From an uncultured Oceanospirillales bacterium (GTDB taxonomy: Bacteria > Pseudomonadota > Gammaproteobacteria > Pseudomonadales > Endozoicomonadaceae): a stretch of 64,000 nt of DNA. The number at the start of each line of letters is the position of its first letter. Position 1 is the stretch's first letter. A program made the translations under genes and the position numbers. The stretch covers positions 3,836 to 67,835 of the forward strand of contig CAMRBW010000002.1 in assembly GCA_947040555.1 (NCBI GenBank). Reading direction: 5' to 3'. Under the pieces are notes generated by a model. The model searched no databases. It saw nothing but the letters and a program-made list of their open reading frames with translations, and was not told where the DNA came from. This document shows positions 48,931-59,422 of this stretch, piece after piece.

Positions 48931-50292
48931 TCACAGTCGACTCAGGTCATTAAACAGGGCAACAAACATAATGCCCAATATCAGTGTCAGTCCTATCCGC
49001 ATACCGAACATCTGAGCCTTTTCTGACAGAGGCTTCCCCCTGACCAGTTCGACAAAATGATACACCAAATGACCACCGTCGAGCACAGGCACAGGCAATA
49101 GGTTGATAACACCAAGACTGACACTCAGCATAGCCAGAAAACCAAGAAAGCTCTCCAGGCCGGACTGAATGGAGGCTCCGGCAGCCCGGGCAATGGTAAT
49201 TGGCCCACTCAGATTGCTGACCGACACCAACCCCGTTACCATCTTGCTTAGTGAATCCACCATCAGAAAGGACAGGGAGCCGGTCTCTTTAACCGCAACC
49301 CCCAGCGCAACAACCGGCCCGAAATGAATCTCACGGACGCGGTCTTCAGGCCATGCAAACAGGCTGGCTCCCGCTCCAATGTAACCAATTTTTCCGCCAT
49401 CGGCTAATGCTTTTTCGTCCGGTATTAAATCGAGGGATATCTCCTGATCATTCCGAAGAATCGTGACCGTAACCGTACGATCAGGATTCTCACGCACCTG
49501 CTCGACCCAGCTATTCCAATCAGTAACAGCGATGCCGTTGAACGCAAGAACCTCATCGCCAATCAGCAGACCGGCCCGCTCTGCCGCCTCACCGGGGACG
49601 ACCTGACCAATCACCGCGGGCACCTTCGGCGTCCATGGTTTCACACCCAGCGCCCGAACCGGATTGGGGTGTTCATCACTGGTCAACCACCTCTGCACCG
49701 GAATCTTAACGGACTCCGGCAGCGCCGTCGCATCCTCAAAGGGCCGAACGGTAAGTTCTATATCACGGGTCTCACCGATGGCGCGCATTAACGTCATATT
49801 GATATCGTGCCAACTGCGCGTCGCCACCCCATCAACACCGATAATTTCAGCATTCTGATAGAGACCGGCAGCGGCAGCTGGTGATTCCGGTTGAACCTCG
49901 CCCACCACAGGAACCACCGCCCGCACCCCGATCATATACATAAGCCACAACGCCACAATCGCCAGCAGAAAATTGGCGATCGGACCGGCCGCGACCACCG
50001 CCATCCGAGCCAATACCGGCTTGCTATTAAAAGACATATGTCGCTCATGCTCAGCAACAGGCGCTTCCCGTTCATCAAGCATTTTCACGTACCCCCCTAA
50101 GGGGATCATGGCGATAATATATTCGGTACCCAGCTTGTCATGCCAGGTAAACAACGACTTGCCAAAACCGACACTGAAGCGAAGAACCTTGATACCACAG
50201 CGGCGAGCAACCCAGAAGTGTCCATACTCGTGCACGCTGACCAGCACGCCGAGGGCAACAATGAAAGCAAATATTGTCTGGATCGAATCCAT
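48931..50292 (-). CDS. rseP: RIP zinc metalloprotease RseP
   Basis: HEYGHF (HExxH) in TM1, two PDZ-like regions, and NLLPVPVLDGGH. Confidence 0.95.
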   Translation of the reverse strand: MDSIQTIFAFIVALGVLVSVHEYGHFWVARRCGIKVLRFSVGFGKSLFTWHDKLGTEYIIAMIPLGGYVKMLDEREAPVAEHERHMSFNSKPVLARMAVVAAGPIANFLLAIVALWLMYMIGVRAVVPVVGEVQPESPAAAAGLYQNAEIIGVDGVATRSWHDINMTLMRAIGETRDIELTVRPFEDATALPESVKIPVQRWLTSDEHPNPVRALGVKPWTPKVPAVIGQVVPGEAAERAGLLIGDEVLAFNGIAVTDWNSWVEQVRENPDRTVTVTILRNDQEISLDLIPDEKALADGGKIGYIGAGASLFAWPEDRVREIHFGPVVALGVAVKETGSLSFLMVDSLSKMVTGLVSVSNLSGPITIARAAGASIQSGLESFLGFLAMLSVSLGVINLLPVPVLDGGHLVYHFVELVRGKPLSEKAQMFGMRIGLTLILGIMFVALFNDLSRL

Positions 50293-50645
50293 ATCAGGGG
50301 GCTCTTTAAAGAAAAATCCGGATACATGTTATGTATTAATGCTCGCACAGACGCAAGTAGACTGGCAAATAATCCCTTTTTTACTCGTATTCAGAGGCTC
50401 CTTGAAAAGGGGCTATATATTAACATCGACAATAGATAGTGGGTCAGATGTGTGCTCAGTGACTCTGAAAGCCTTAACCAGCAAAACCTGAACAAAAGAA
50501 AGCACACATTTGACCCACTACCCATACAGGCTCATTTCATATGGGAAGAGACCAGAGTTTGTGGAGTTCGTCTATACTCTGCACTCGCCGCCATTCGCCT
50601 CTGCTCACTAATACATCCTACCGTCCTCCACTCGATGGATTTTTG

Positions 50646-51089
50646 ATGATGAAGTACATATCCCTCTGCGTTTTTTCTTACCTTGCGTTACTGTATCCCA
50701 TCGCCTGTCCGGCCATTGATGAAATGACCGCAATCCGACGCAATCCTTTTTCTCTCAAATACATACAGGTTGGTACTTCCAGCTTTTCCGACGAGATTGG
50801 CGGCGCCGGTTCATACAAAAACATTATCGCTTACTTTAGAGAGATAAGTGGCGAAATGGCTCACGTTTGCCCCGAAGGCAATACAGACCCGACTCAACCC
50901 ACCGGTTTTTTGATTGAACAATCTGATCAGGAGACAGCGAATTATCTGGTCAGCCTGGCCGCTTTTCAGAGACCAAAATTCTTCTCGGTAACTTATCAGT
51001 GTGTCCAGATAAGCCGGGGGAAAGGGGGCCAGAAAGAAAATAATTCTCATTTTGCCGTGATAAAGGCGCTCAGGTTTGTTGCGCCCTGA
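50646..51089 (+). CDS. Hypothetical secreted protein (147 aa)
   Basis: Signal-peptide-like MMKYISLCVFSYLALLYPIACPA. No recognised family. Confidence 0.4.
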   Translation: MMKYISLCVFSYLALLYPIACPAIDEMTAIRRNPFSLKYIQVGTSSFSDEIGGAGSYKNIIAYFREISGEMAHVCPEGNTDPTQPTGFLIEQSDQETANYLVSLAAFQRPKFFSVTYQCVQISRGKGGQKENNSHFAVIKALRFVAP

Positions 51090-51467
51090 GCGTATCCTGC
51101 GCGATGAAACTTCAATCCAAACCCTTTTACCAACACTTCGGACAGTTTTTCAAGAACACAATTCACGTGGGGCAAGGCCTGCAAGAGAAGCCCCCCATTT
51201 TCGGTATGATCCAGCGTGGTGACCAGATAAAACACCGGCGGCGTCCTCACAGAGGCATATCACAAGAGAAACTGTCACTTCATCTTGGCTTCTTAGGGTA
51301 CCTGCACACTACCAAACGACGGGGTAGAGCTACCATTTCAAGGCTTCCTGGACTGCCATTTGGCTGACTCCCCGGAATCCATTAAGAGTCATTTTTTATT
51401 GGCTCCCGTTGCCAGGGGGGTTGTTTGACCCTTGACAGACCGAAGGCTCATATGTGTTATGTGCATA

Positions 51468-51872
51468 TTATTTGTGTAGTTGTAACAGATCCCATTTATT
51501 ACCATACAGGTCTTGAAAAACAACAACTGTTCCATATTTTTCTTCCCTTGGTTCTTCAGTAAAAACTATGCCATTTTCTTTCATACGGTCGTAATCTCTC
51601 CAAAAATCATTGGTATGTAAGAACAAAAAAACTCGACCACCCGTTTGATTTCCAACGGATTTCAGTTGTTCTTCAGTACTGGCTTGAGCCAAAAGAAGGT
51701 TTGCACCATTTGCATTGGGAGGGGAAACTTGTACCCAACGTTTTCCGTTACCTAAATCAGTGTCTTCTATAAGTTCGAATTGCAATTTTTGAGTGTAGAA
51801 ATCAATAGCATCATCATAGTCTTTAACAACTAAAGCGATAGCGCCTATCTGTTGCTGAATTGGCTTACTCAT
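51468..51872 (-). CDS. VOC (glyoxalase/bleomycin-resistance) family protein
   Basis: 134 aa with a paired beta-alpha-beta-beta-beta pattern (IALVVKDYDDAIDFYTQKLQF.., FQDLYGNKWDLLQ). Confidence 0.75.
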   Translation of the reverse strand: MSKPIQQQIGAIALVVKDYDDAIDFYTQKLQFELIEDTDLGNGKRWVQVSPPNANGANLLLAQASTEEQLKSVGNQTGGRVFLFLHTNDFWRDYDRMKENGIVFTEEPREEKYGTVVVFQDLYGNKWDLLQLHK

Positions 51873-51924
51873 ACTTTAATCTCGTTCTAATGATTTTTCA
51901 TTGTAGATATTTTATGGGACTTTC

Positions 51925-52210
51925 GCAGGTGGGCAGACACCCTGGAGGGCATTGCCGAACAGGACGAAACCTTCTTCCGTGAATCGTTCAAGGGCCAGCG
52001 AAACGGTTTGCCGCGACCCCGCCAGAAAGCGGGGCAACGATCGCAACAAAGCTCGCAAGGTTACCCGTTCTGGTTGCCCGGGATCGTGAACGCCATACCG
52101 TAGACGGCTTGCTGGAGAACGAGAGCGCAAACGAGCTTTGCCGTCATCTCATGGCCGAATCAGGGATGACTCAGTCGTGTGTGCTACCAACCACCACAGG
52201 CGAGAACTGA
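51925..52210 (+). pseudogene. IS1595-family (ISXO2-like) transposase fragment, frameshifted
   Basis: DETFFRESFKGQRNGLPRP / ARKRGN.. / LPVLVARDRERHTVDGLL are read in three different frames. Family is from memory. Confidence 0.6.
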
Positions 52211-52269
52211 GCCTGCGTGTGGGTGCCAAAGGTTGTGGGTGCCGAAGGTGCTTCGGCTGGAGGTAATGG

Positions 52270-53448
52270 TTAGGTCATCTTATTCGTGACACCATTTTCA
52301 GCCGGATTGAAGTACGCATGGGGGTAGTCCGGCTTACGATTTTGAAACGACAGAATAGAGGGATTCTTAATCACGCCACCATCAATATTGATCGCCCGTC
52401 GAATAGTCTCATTTTTCTGCCAACTATCACGGCCCGCCAGTACAGCCGGTAAATAGACAATGAGAGCGGCAGAAATTGATCGCGTGGCACTCTCCCAGAG
52501 ATAGCTAGGCGTGTGATCAACGGCGTAGTAATCGATGGTTTTATATTTAAATATCGGTTTCTTGAATGTGGTTGGTCTGGCAAAAAAGAATCCCATTCCC
52601 TCATCGCAACTGACATCAATAATCAGACTATTGGACTTGAGGCATTCGCTTTCTGCTTCAGTAACAAAGTCGATATGATTTTCTGTATCTTGAAAGGTTC
52701 CGTTTACGAGGATATCTGTTTCACTAATCAGGTCAGTCAGCGGTCGCACAGTTCCATCGTGTTCCACCACCATCATGCGTGCCTCGCCCTCGCTACCTGC
52801 TCGAATTCTGACATAGTTACAATCGAGTACCTCTTCACGCACTTCGTGGTCAGGGCGCTGAATGCAAATGGTGATATCTCTAAACCCATGCGCCTTAAGA
52901 GCATATATGGCACCACGGCTGACTGCGCCAAAACCGAAAATGATTGTTTTGCGTTGATTACCGTAATGCCCATCGATCCCTTTAAGTTGCAGGGCATGCA
53001 TGACTGCGCAATAGCCAGCCATTTCGTTATTCTTATAGAATGTGTGGCGTCCAATCTGCCCAGTAGGCGACCAAACATACATATCCTCAAAGGCAATGAG
53101 CGTCTGCTTACGATCGATAGCCGCCTGAGTGAGCTCTCGTTGCTGCACACAATGTACATAACCCCAAAGTGTTCCGCCTTCGCGAAGCTCCTGTAAATCA
53201 GCTAAGACTGGCTTATTAATAATAACCGTGCCAATGTTGGCCAGTATATCGTGGCGTGTGCTAATACCACCTGTCAGAGCAGAAATTTCCGAATCAGCGA
53301 TACCAAATGGTGCGCCATAACCTTCTTCAAATATTAGCTGACGGCGAAGTTCTTCAGGAATACGCAACAAATGATCTGGGTGGATTGGTAACCGTTGTTC
53401 ATCTTCTTTTTTTGAAGTCCCAATGACTCCCACTATTGATGTATTCAT
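52270..53448 (-). CDS. Alanine dehydrogenase/PNT-fold NAD-dependent enzyme (possibly N5-(carboxyethyl)ornithine synthase-like)
   Basis: 392 aa with Rossmann motif IIFGFGAVSRGA and an N-terminal AlaDH/PNT-like domain. Specific function not established. Confidence 0.55.
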   Translation of the reverse strand: MNTSIVGVIGTSKKEDEQRLPIHPDHLLRIPEELRRQLIFEEGYGAPFGIADSEISALTGGISTRHDILANIGTVIINKPVLADLQELREGGTLWGYVHCVQQRELTQAAIDRKQTLIAFEDMYVWSPTGQIGRHTFYKNNEMAGYCAVMHALQLKGIDGHYGNQRKTIIFGFGAVSRGAIYALKAHGFRDITICIQRPDHEVREEVLDCNYVRIRAGSEGEARMMVVEHDGTVRPLTDLISETDILVNGTFQDTENHIDFVTEAESECLKSNSLIIDVSCDEGMGFFFARPTTFKKPIFKYKTIDYYAVDHTPSYLWESATRSISAALIVYLPAVLAGRDSWQKNETIRRAINIDGGVIKNPSILSFQNRKPDYPHAYFNPAENGVTNKMT

Positions 53449-53664
53449 GTCGTCGTTTCCTTGTTATAAAGAAATTCAATAAGTTTGATTTCACCAACGA
53501 ATTATGGGGTTCGCCAATAGGCCTGTTTCTTTACACTCTCCTCTGTCGCAAGCGTTCCAGAGTTTTAAAAGTACAAATCTCGGATACGTAAAGCCTAACG
53601 CCCACCCGCGTGGCACCGAAGGCGTCCCATACAATGCGCTTGTTAGGCCAAAATTGTGGCAGGA

Positions 53665-53958
53665 TTATGCTGTAAGACATTTGAGAGGCTGGAACTTGGA
53701 AAGGTTGATCCTTTTCTTTGCTTGCCAAATTTCATAGCTATCCTGCATGGCGAGCCAACTTTCCTGGGTGCGGCCCAAAACTCTGGATAGTCTTAACGCC
53801 CTTTCAGGAGAGACCGCACTCTTGCATTTTATAACTCGGTTCAGAGTAGAAGCTGCCACCCAAAACTGCTCGGCAAGATACCGACAACTGAGCTCATGCG
53901 GTTCCATATAAATGGATTTGATGAATTCTCCAGTATGCGGCGGATTATGCATAGACAT
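53665..53958 (-). CDS. higA: HigA-family antitoxin (XRE HTH)
   Basis: MHNPPHTGEFIK..LSCRYLAEQFWVAASTLNRV..SPERALRL, typical of HigA. The start overlaps the higB stop (TAATG). Confidence 0.85.
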   Translation of the reverse strand: MSMHNPPHTGEFIKSIYMEPHELSCRYLAEQFWVAASTLNRVIKCKSAVSPERALRLSRVLGRTQESWLAMQDSYEIWQAKKRINLSKFQPLKCLTA

Positions 53959-54238
53959 TAGTGATAATCCTCATAGTCAAGAATGTACGCATTGCCATCC
54001 TGAAATTAGAAAGTAACATGCCAGTTACCACCAACAGAGATTGATCATATACCTGAGCGGTTTCCCTTCAACGGGTGAAGAGAAAACCCAGGAAGATCAA
54101 TATCATCAAGCACTTGGGCAGATGGTAACCAACTACATTCTCAATTCTCAGTTTCTTTGTGTGCCCGGCCTGAATTCGCGCCGTTTTGCCCGTCTCGAAG
54201 AACTGTTTCAGTCCCTTATATTTGAATGATTTAATCAC
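53958..54238 (-). pseudogene. higB: HigB toxin pseudogene (frameshift plus two in-frame stops)
   Basis: VIKSFKYKGLKQFFETGKTARIQAGHTKKLR / (shift) LDDIDLPGFSLHPLKGNRSGI*SISVGGNWHVTF*FQDGNAYILDYEDYH*. Confidence 0.8.
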
Positions 54239-54379
54239 GAATGACAATGTAACGTATTGCGCGATGCTGTTCAATATCAAGATTTTTACAAAACCTTCAG
54301 GTTGAGAATGCCTAGCGCCTCAAGCAGCGGCCGAGCGTAGCGATATCCAGCCCCGAAGGGGTGATGCTGCCTTTACTTG

Positions 54380-54772
54380 TCATATGAAAACTTGCTCATA
54401 TAATTCTAATGGAAGTCCATCGGGGTCGCTAAAAAATGTAAACTTTTTATTTGTATATTCATCAATCCTGATAGGCTCGACAGCAACACCCTTTGACATT
54501 AGATAATCAGTAGTCGCCTCAACGGAAACTACATTAAATGCTAAATGTCTCAATCCTAATGCTTCAGGAGAATTTGGCCTCTTAGGTGGCTGAGGAAAAG
54601 AAAATAATTCTATCTGGTCACCATTTGGCAATTTAAGGTCAAGCTTATAAGATTTTCGTTCTTCTCTATAATTTTCTGCAATCACTTTCAGACCTAAAAT
54701 TGAGGTATAAAAATGCTTGGATTTTTCGTAATCTGAGCAAATTATTGCGACGTGATGAATCGAATTAAACAA
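54380..54772 (-). CDS. VOC family protein
   Basis: IHHVAIICSDYEKSKHFYTSILGL..GLRHLAF..FFSDPDGLPLELYE. Confidence 0.8.
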   Translation of the reverse strand: MFNSIHHVAIICSDYEKSKHFYTSILGLKVIAENYREERKSYKLDLKLPNGDQIELFSFPQPPKRPNSPEALGLRHLAFNVVSVEATTDYLMSKGVAVEPIRIDEYTNKKFTFFSDPDGLPLELYEQVFI

Positions 54773-54897
54773 TGTGTACTCCTTGCCACATAACGGCTGC
54801 CTGGTAGTGGGTCAAATATTTTGTTCAGGTCTTGCTGGTCAAGGCTCCCAGAGCCGCCGAGCGCACAGCTGACCCACTAACCGCAAGTTCATATATG

Positions 54898-55296
54898 TTA
54901 CCTGCTTGCTGGTTGATGAAACTCGATAACATTGGCATCGGGATCTCTTATAAAGAAAAATTGAGCACCCTCAAATTCTACTCGCTCAGTAACCGTAATC
55001 CCCAATGCCTGAATTTTCTGTAATGCTGACTGGATATCGGATATTTCCAATGCTACATGTGTATAGCCTGGATATTTCACGGGTTCTTCCATCAGAATAT
55101 TCTTCCTTGGAGCTTCCTCTGACGTATTAAGGATGAGATTAATATTCACCCCGGATGGATGCTCTATGATAGCAACGGGTTCAGGACCAACTGGACCTAC
55201 AAGGAATATGAATCCGAGATTTTCGTAGAATTTTCGAGAAATGTCTAAGTCTCTCACTCTTAAGCCAATGTGATTTATTCTCTTTATTTCTTTCAT
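54898..55296 (-). CDS. VOC family protein
   Basis: INHIGLRVRDLDISRKFYENLGF..YTHVALEI..FFIRDPDANVIEFHQ. Confidence 0.8.
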   Translation of the reverse strand: MKEIKRINHIGLRVRDLDISRKFYENLGFIFLVGPVGPEPVAIIEHPSGVNINLILNTSEEAPRKNILMEEPVKYPGYTHVALEISDIQSALQKIQALGITVTERVEFEGAQFFFIRDPDANVIEFHQPASR

Positions 55297-55419
55297 TATT
55301 CGTAACCCTATTGATGTGTAGTGGTAACTGTAGTGGTAACGCTCAGCTCAATGGTAAATGACTGTGAGCGGAGCGAGCAGTCATTTATGTCCAACGGCAA
55401 CCGCTTATTAGAAGGCATT

Positions 55420-55695
55420 TCACGCATAAAACTCAACATAAAATCTCACAAATCCGAGAGGCTTCACTTCATGAAGTACCGTAGGCTCGACAACTCCAAA
55501 TTTCTCAGTGTCAAGAATAATAATTTTTTCTTCTGGTTCGTTAATCTTGTACTGCAATTTACCTTCTATGATTACGATTTTTCCCCAGACACCGGCCGTT
55601 GTTTGATGTGCTTTTAACAACCCTTTAGGGATACTTCCTTCATCAAACTCAGGAGTTTTTCTAATGGGATTCAAGTTTTCAGGTAAGTTTTTCAT
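55420..55695 (-). CDS. DUF1971 (YeaR/TehB-C-terminal-like) protein
   Basis: 91 aa. The pattern TPEFDEGSIPKGLLKAHQTTAGVWGKIVIIEGKLQY matches DUF1971 as I recall it. Confidence 0.6.
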   Translation of the reverse strand: MKNLPENLNPIRKTPEFDEGSIPKGLLKAHQTTAGVWGKIVIIEGKLQYKINEPEEKIIILDTEKFGVVEPTVLHEVKPLGFVRFYVEFYA

Positions 55696-55849
55696 ATTTG
55701 TACCGATTTTTAACGCCTACATTATTGGCAGAAAAAGCTTGGCTTGAAAAAGCCTAAGCCAAGCTTTCTCTGGCCGGTGCATGTGATGGTTAGCTATCTT
55801 TAATCCAAGCTGGACCATTCATTTTCAAGATGATTTATCTTGTTTTTCT

Positions 55850-56420
55850 CAACACTTCGGACAGTTTTTAGAGAAAGCAACCACGGGAAAAATCAGCGAA
55901 AAAAATAGAGACACCACATCGTCTACCGCTGATGCCTACCCCATTGATTCCGTAGTAAAGACCACCTTGGACGCCATGTCCAGCGTCCAAAAACCCCAGA
56001 AAACCTTCATTACACTCCTGCTGGCGACTCTTGTCGTGCTTCAGAGGAAGGCCACTTTTCGCAACCTGAACCGGTATTCTGATGCCAGTGAAAAGCGCTT
56101 CAGCCGCTGATTTCGTCGTGCTTTTGACTTTGTTGCGTTCAACTGGCTGAACAACTCACCGAAAAAGACATCAGATACCTTGCGGCAGATGCCTACTATA
56201 TTCAAGCAAAAGTTTGTGACACCCGTTGTGGAAACAGGTCCGTACGACGGCAAAGTGAATGTCAGCCAGGAGCTACACAGGTTTGATTTTGTCGGGCACC
56301 TCAACTCCGGAGAAAAGATCTATACAGCACAGATTCACTCCAAGTGTTTGAAGCTGTTCTGCTTTCCTCATTGCATGACGCTTTACCTATCGTCAAGCAG
56401 TCGTCTATACAGGCAGATGA
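55850..56420 (+). pseudogene. DDE transposase remnant (IS4/IS701-like), interrupted
   Basis: ..LLLATLVVLQRKATFRNLNRYSDASEKRFSR*FRRAFDFVAFN.. and ..ADAYYIQ../..PYDGKVNV.. lie in different frames. Confidence 0.5.
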
Positions 56421-56604
56421 AACGCCTCTGCAAGTTTGGACGAATCGGAACGAACGCCACAAAACAAATCCTATTGGTGGTTATTTCCCTCAACCGGACA
56501 GCTGGGCTCTCCCGTTTCTTTAATAATCGACGCTATTCGCAAGGTGGTCTTTACTGTTGACTGGTGAGAGAAAAATTCACAGCTGTCAGCGAGTATGTGT
56601 TGTT

Positions 56605-57327
56605 ATGAAAAAAAGCAAAGATACGGTACTGTTTGTTTGTAAAAAAGACTTTTTGTGGAACTGGGTCGGGTTCCAGATTATAAGCCAGTATTTTGAAAAT
56701 GTTTACTTGATCACCTGGGATGGAAATACCGATGAGTTGCCCCAAATACACGACACATTCAAGAAACTGACTTACGACTATCTGATTTCATTCTGGAGCG
56801 AATACTTTATTCAAACCAATCAGTTTGAAGCTGCTAAAAAGGGGGCGATAAATGTGCATCCTGCCCCCACGGAACATCCGGGATTAGGCATGTTTTCCTA
56901 TATTTTTGCCTTTCCTGATAAGCGGATGCATCATGGAACCACTGTCCATGAAGTGAATGATAAGTACGATAATGGAAAAATATATAGATCAAGCTGTTTC
57001 CCTTGTTATGGAATGTCACCGGAAGAGATCGTTCGATGCAGTGTTATAGATTCGCTTCAGGTACTTGAAGAGGTTGCACGGGAGCTAAGAGAAGGAAGAC
57101 ATACCTCTACCCTTGGGGAAGCAGGGTCCACGCGGGATTGGGGAACTCACTTTTTTACCCACAAGCAGGAAGCAGAGTGGTTACAAAAATTACCGGCCTA
57201 CCATATTGCCCATAGGGCAGAGGGTTATACTGTGACTACTCATATAAGTAACAAATATTACGCTCATCATAGCAACTCGTTCGAAGATTATTTTGAAGAA
57301 ATTGAACACCTGGTGAAGATGCGGTAA
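56605..57327 (+). CDS. Formyltransferase-fold protein
   Basis: INVHPAP..G(x)n..HGTTVHEVNDKYDNGKIY resembles the N(x)HPSLLP..G.T.H...D.G.I motif of the formyl_trans_N domain. The assignment is divergent and tentative. Confidence 0.45.
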   Translation: MKKSKDTVLFVCKKDFLWNWVGFQIISQYFENVYLITWDGNTDELPQIHDTFKKLTYDYLISFWSEYFIQTNQFEAAKKGAINVHPAPTEHPGLGMFSYIFAFPDKRMHHGTTVHEVNDKYDNGKIYRSSCFPCYGMSPEEIVRCSVIDSLQVLEEVARELREGRHTSTLGEAGSTRDWGTHFFTHKQEAEWLQKLPAYHIAHRAEGYTVTTHISNKYYAHHSNSFEDYFEEIEHLVKMR

Positions 57328-57356
57328 CAACAGGGGCCCTTTCGCAGGCTGGCTGA

Positions 57357-57626
57357 TCATTTTTGACCCTCCTGACGAATTTTCAGATACAGATAATCAA
57401 GATCGTTATAACCACAAGCCTTGTAAACAATACGCTTTAGCATATCTTTCAAGGTGTAGGCCTGATACAGCTCTTCATTCATGGCAAGCAGTTCCTTGAG
57501 ACTGCTTTCTCTCTGTGGAGTCATATTCTCGGAATTTCTGAACAGATTGAAACGCTGTCCCTTTATGAAGGGTTTATCTTCTTCCTCTGCCTGTCGCCAT
57601 TCCCGACGTCTGGTAACTTCCTCCAC
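57357..57626 (-). pseudogene. ISL3-family transposase C-terminal remnant
   Basis: KGQRFNLFRNSENMTPQRESSLKELLAMNEELYQAYTLKDML joins directly to ..KACGYNDLDYLYLKI, which implies an internal deletion. There is no upstream transposase body. Confidence 0.55.
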
Positions 57627-58113
57627 GGTCTATACCAACGCACTCAATGTGCGCCTTTTGTTCCGCAGTCGGGCGCAGGCAGGGTCTTCAGGAGCGTCTC
57701 TTTGTTCCAGCGTCGCGCAGTATGGATGAGAGACCGGAATGAACTCGGGAACCTTGTTGCAGGGCATATACCGGCACAGGTGGCTAACATGCTGTTTCAG
57801 GCGATCTATCGCTTGTGCGTTAGGAGAAAGCCCCCAACAATAACAGGCTCGAAATCACCTCGATAGACCGCTTCAGAGGCTGGGGCAAAGACTGCCACTC
57901 CGGACTTACACGACAAAGTTGCACCATCTTATTATTGTCCGGTGTCGTAAAAAAATGTCTGTTAGGCAGCAGAAATAGAGAATACTGATAAACTGTCCAG
58001 CAGGTATGACCATCTCTGCCTGGTGAGTTCTGACAAAACAACATCAGACTCTGGCCATATCTTCCTCCCCTGTGATGTGAAATGTCACATCACGTTGTTA
58101 AGAGGTTCATGGT

Positions 58114-59085
58114 ATGAAAAAACTGACGGTGTTATTTTTTTTAATAATCGGGATAACTGTAACGGCTCAAAACGCTCAGTCATCCTGGGAAATGGATGTT
58201 ATGGAGCCCTGTGTTTCCACAGATTTTGATTTAGAAAAGTCAGATTCGCCAGTACTACAAAGTTTCCCGTTACTTTCGGGCGCGCAAACCGTACCGGTTA
58301 CAGTGGGTTTTTCGATGGTAAAGTGCTATCTTTTTAACAGTGCTCGGTGTGCCAGAGCAATGGCGACAATGAGCGCTGAAGATTACAATATGTTGGGTAA
58401 GCCTGACTTTGCCGAATTCTCGTATTACGCAGTACGACCCGGAATATTTGTTAAAAAAGCAAAGCTGATTCCCGGTAAATTTGGTGACATCGACATGGAA
58501 ACAATGGCTTATTACAATCACAATTTTGGCCGTTATCACGATGAGCTCTTTACCTTGACCAGGGTCTGTCTTGATAATAGCTGTCAGAATGTTGAAATTG
58601 ATGTAAAAACGGACGGACGTTACGCTTATCAGATGTTGAACTTCCCCATCCCAGGAACCTCAAGTACACTCCCAGTCAAGGTCGGCTTCAGGAAGAGATT
58701 AAAGTGTCACAGCAGTGATGTTTACGGAACTAACTGTGAGCCGGTTGTACCAGTTGTAATCATCGAAATACCCAGCGAGTCTTATCAGGCTTTAGGACGG
58801 CCAGCCGTTGTCAGTTACAGATATTACGAACGTCATAAGTACCCAAAACTGAAAGCCAAGTTGGTACAAAATGACCAGGGTGGAGTGTACTTTATTAAAA
58901 CCGATTATCAACGCTTTGCCGACCCGGCATCTCACTTGTACTATGTAATGAATAATTTCTGCCTAAATAAAGTCGGATGTGTTAATACCTATATTAAAGA
59001 CGAATCTTACAAAGGGGAATTTAAAGAGAAGATCCTGAATTTTACAGTTCCGCAAAACAGTTATGAGAACCTGGGGGGAGGATAA
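58114..59085 (+). CDS. Hypothetical secreted protein with internal two-domain duplication
   Basis: SD AGAGG, signal peptide MKKLTVLFFLIIGITVTAQNA. Two colinear halves of about 130 aa each. Confidence 0.6.
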   Translation: MKKLTVLFFLIIGITVTAQNAQSSWEMDVMEPCVSTDFDLEKSDSPVLQSFPLLSGAQTVPVTVGFSMVKCYLFNSARCARAMATMSAEDYNMLGKPDFAEFSYYAVRPGIFVKKAKLIPGKFGDIDMETMAYYNHNFGRYHDELFTLTRVCLDNSCQNVEIDVKTDGRYAYQMLNFPIPGTSSTLPVKVGFRKRLKCHSSDVYGTNCEPVVPVVIIEIPSESYQALGRPAVVSYRYYERHKYPKLKAKLVQNDQGGVYFIKTDYQRFADPASHLYYVMNNFCLNKVGCVNTYIKDESYKGEFKEKILNFTVPQNSYENLGGG

Positions 59086-59422
59086 GGAATAGTTCACCAG
59101 GAAGTACATTAAGAATGGACACTTGTTGCACAAAGCCTACTGCTTATTTTCGAGAGTAGAAAAAATAGGAAGAGAAAAAATAGGACACCAATAAATTTAA
59201 CCATCTGAAAGATATCGGTATTTTTATGGGTGTCCTTTATTTCGTGTGTACGATTCCATTAATGTCGTCTTCTTCGTGTGGGGCTGAATTCAAGCAATAA
59301 GCGCCATGCTCGGCACACACGCCAATTTCAGTGGCAGCGCTGCAGGCGCTGTCCACTGTAAATTTTTGTTATGTGTATTTTTCACTTTTACTCTAAATCA
59401 CCTGACCTGAATATCTGGTTCG

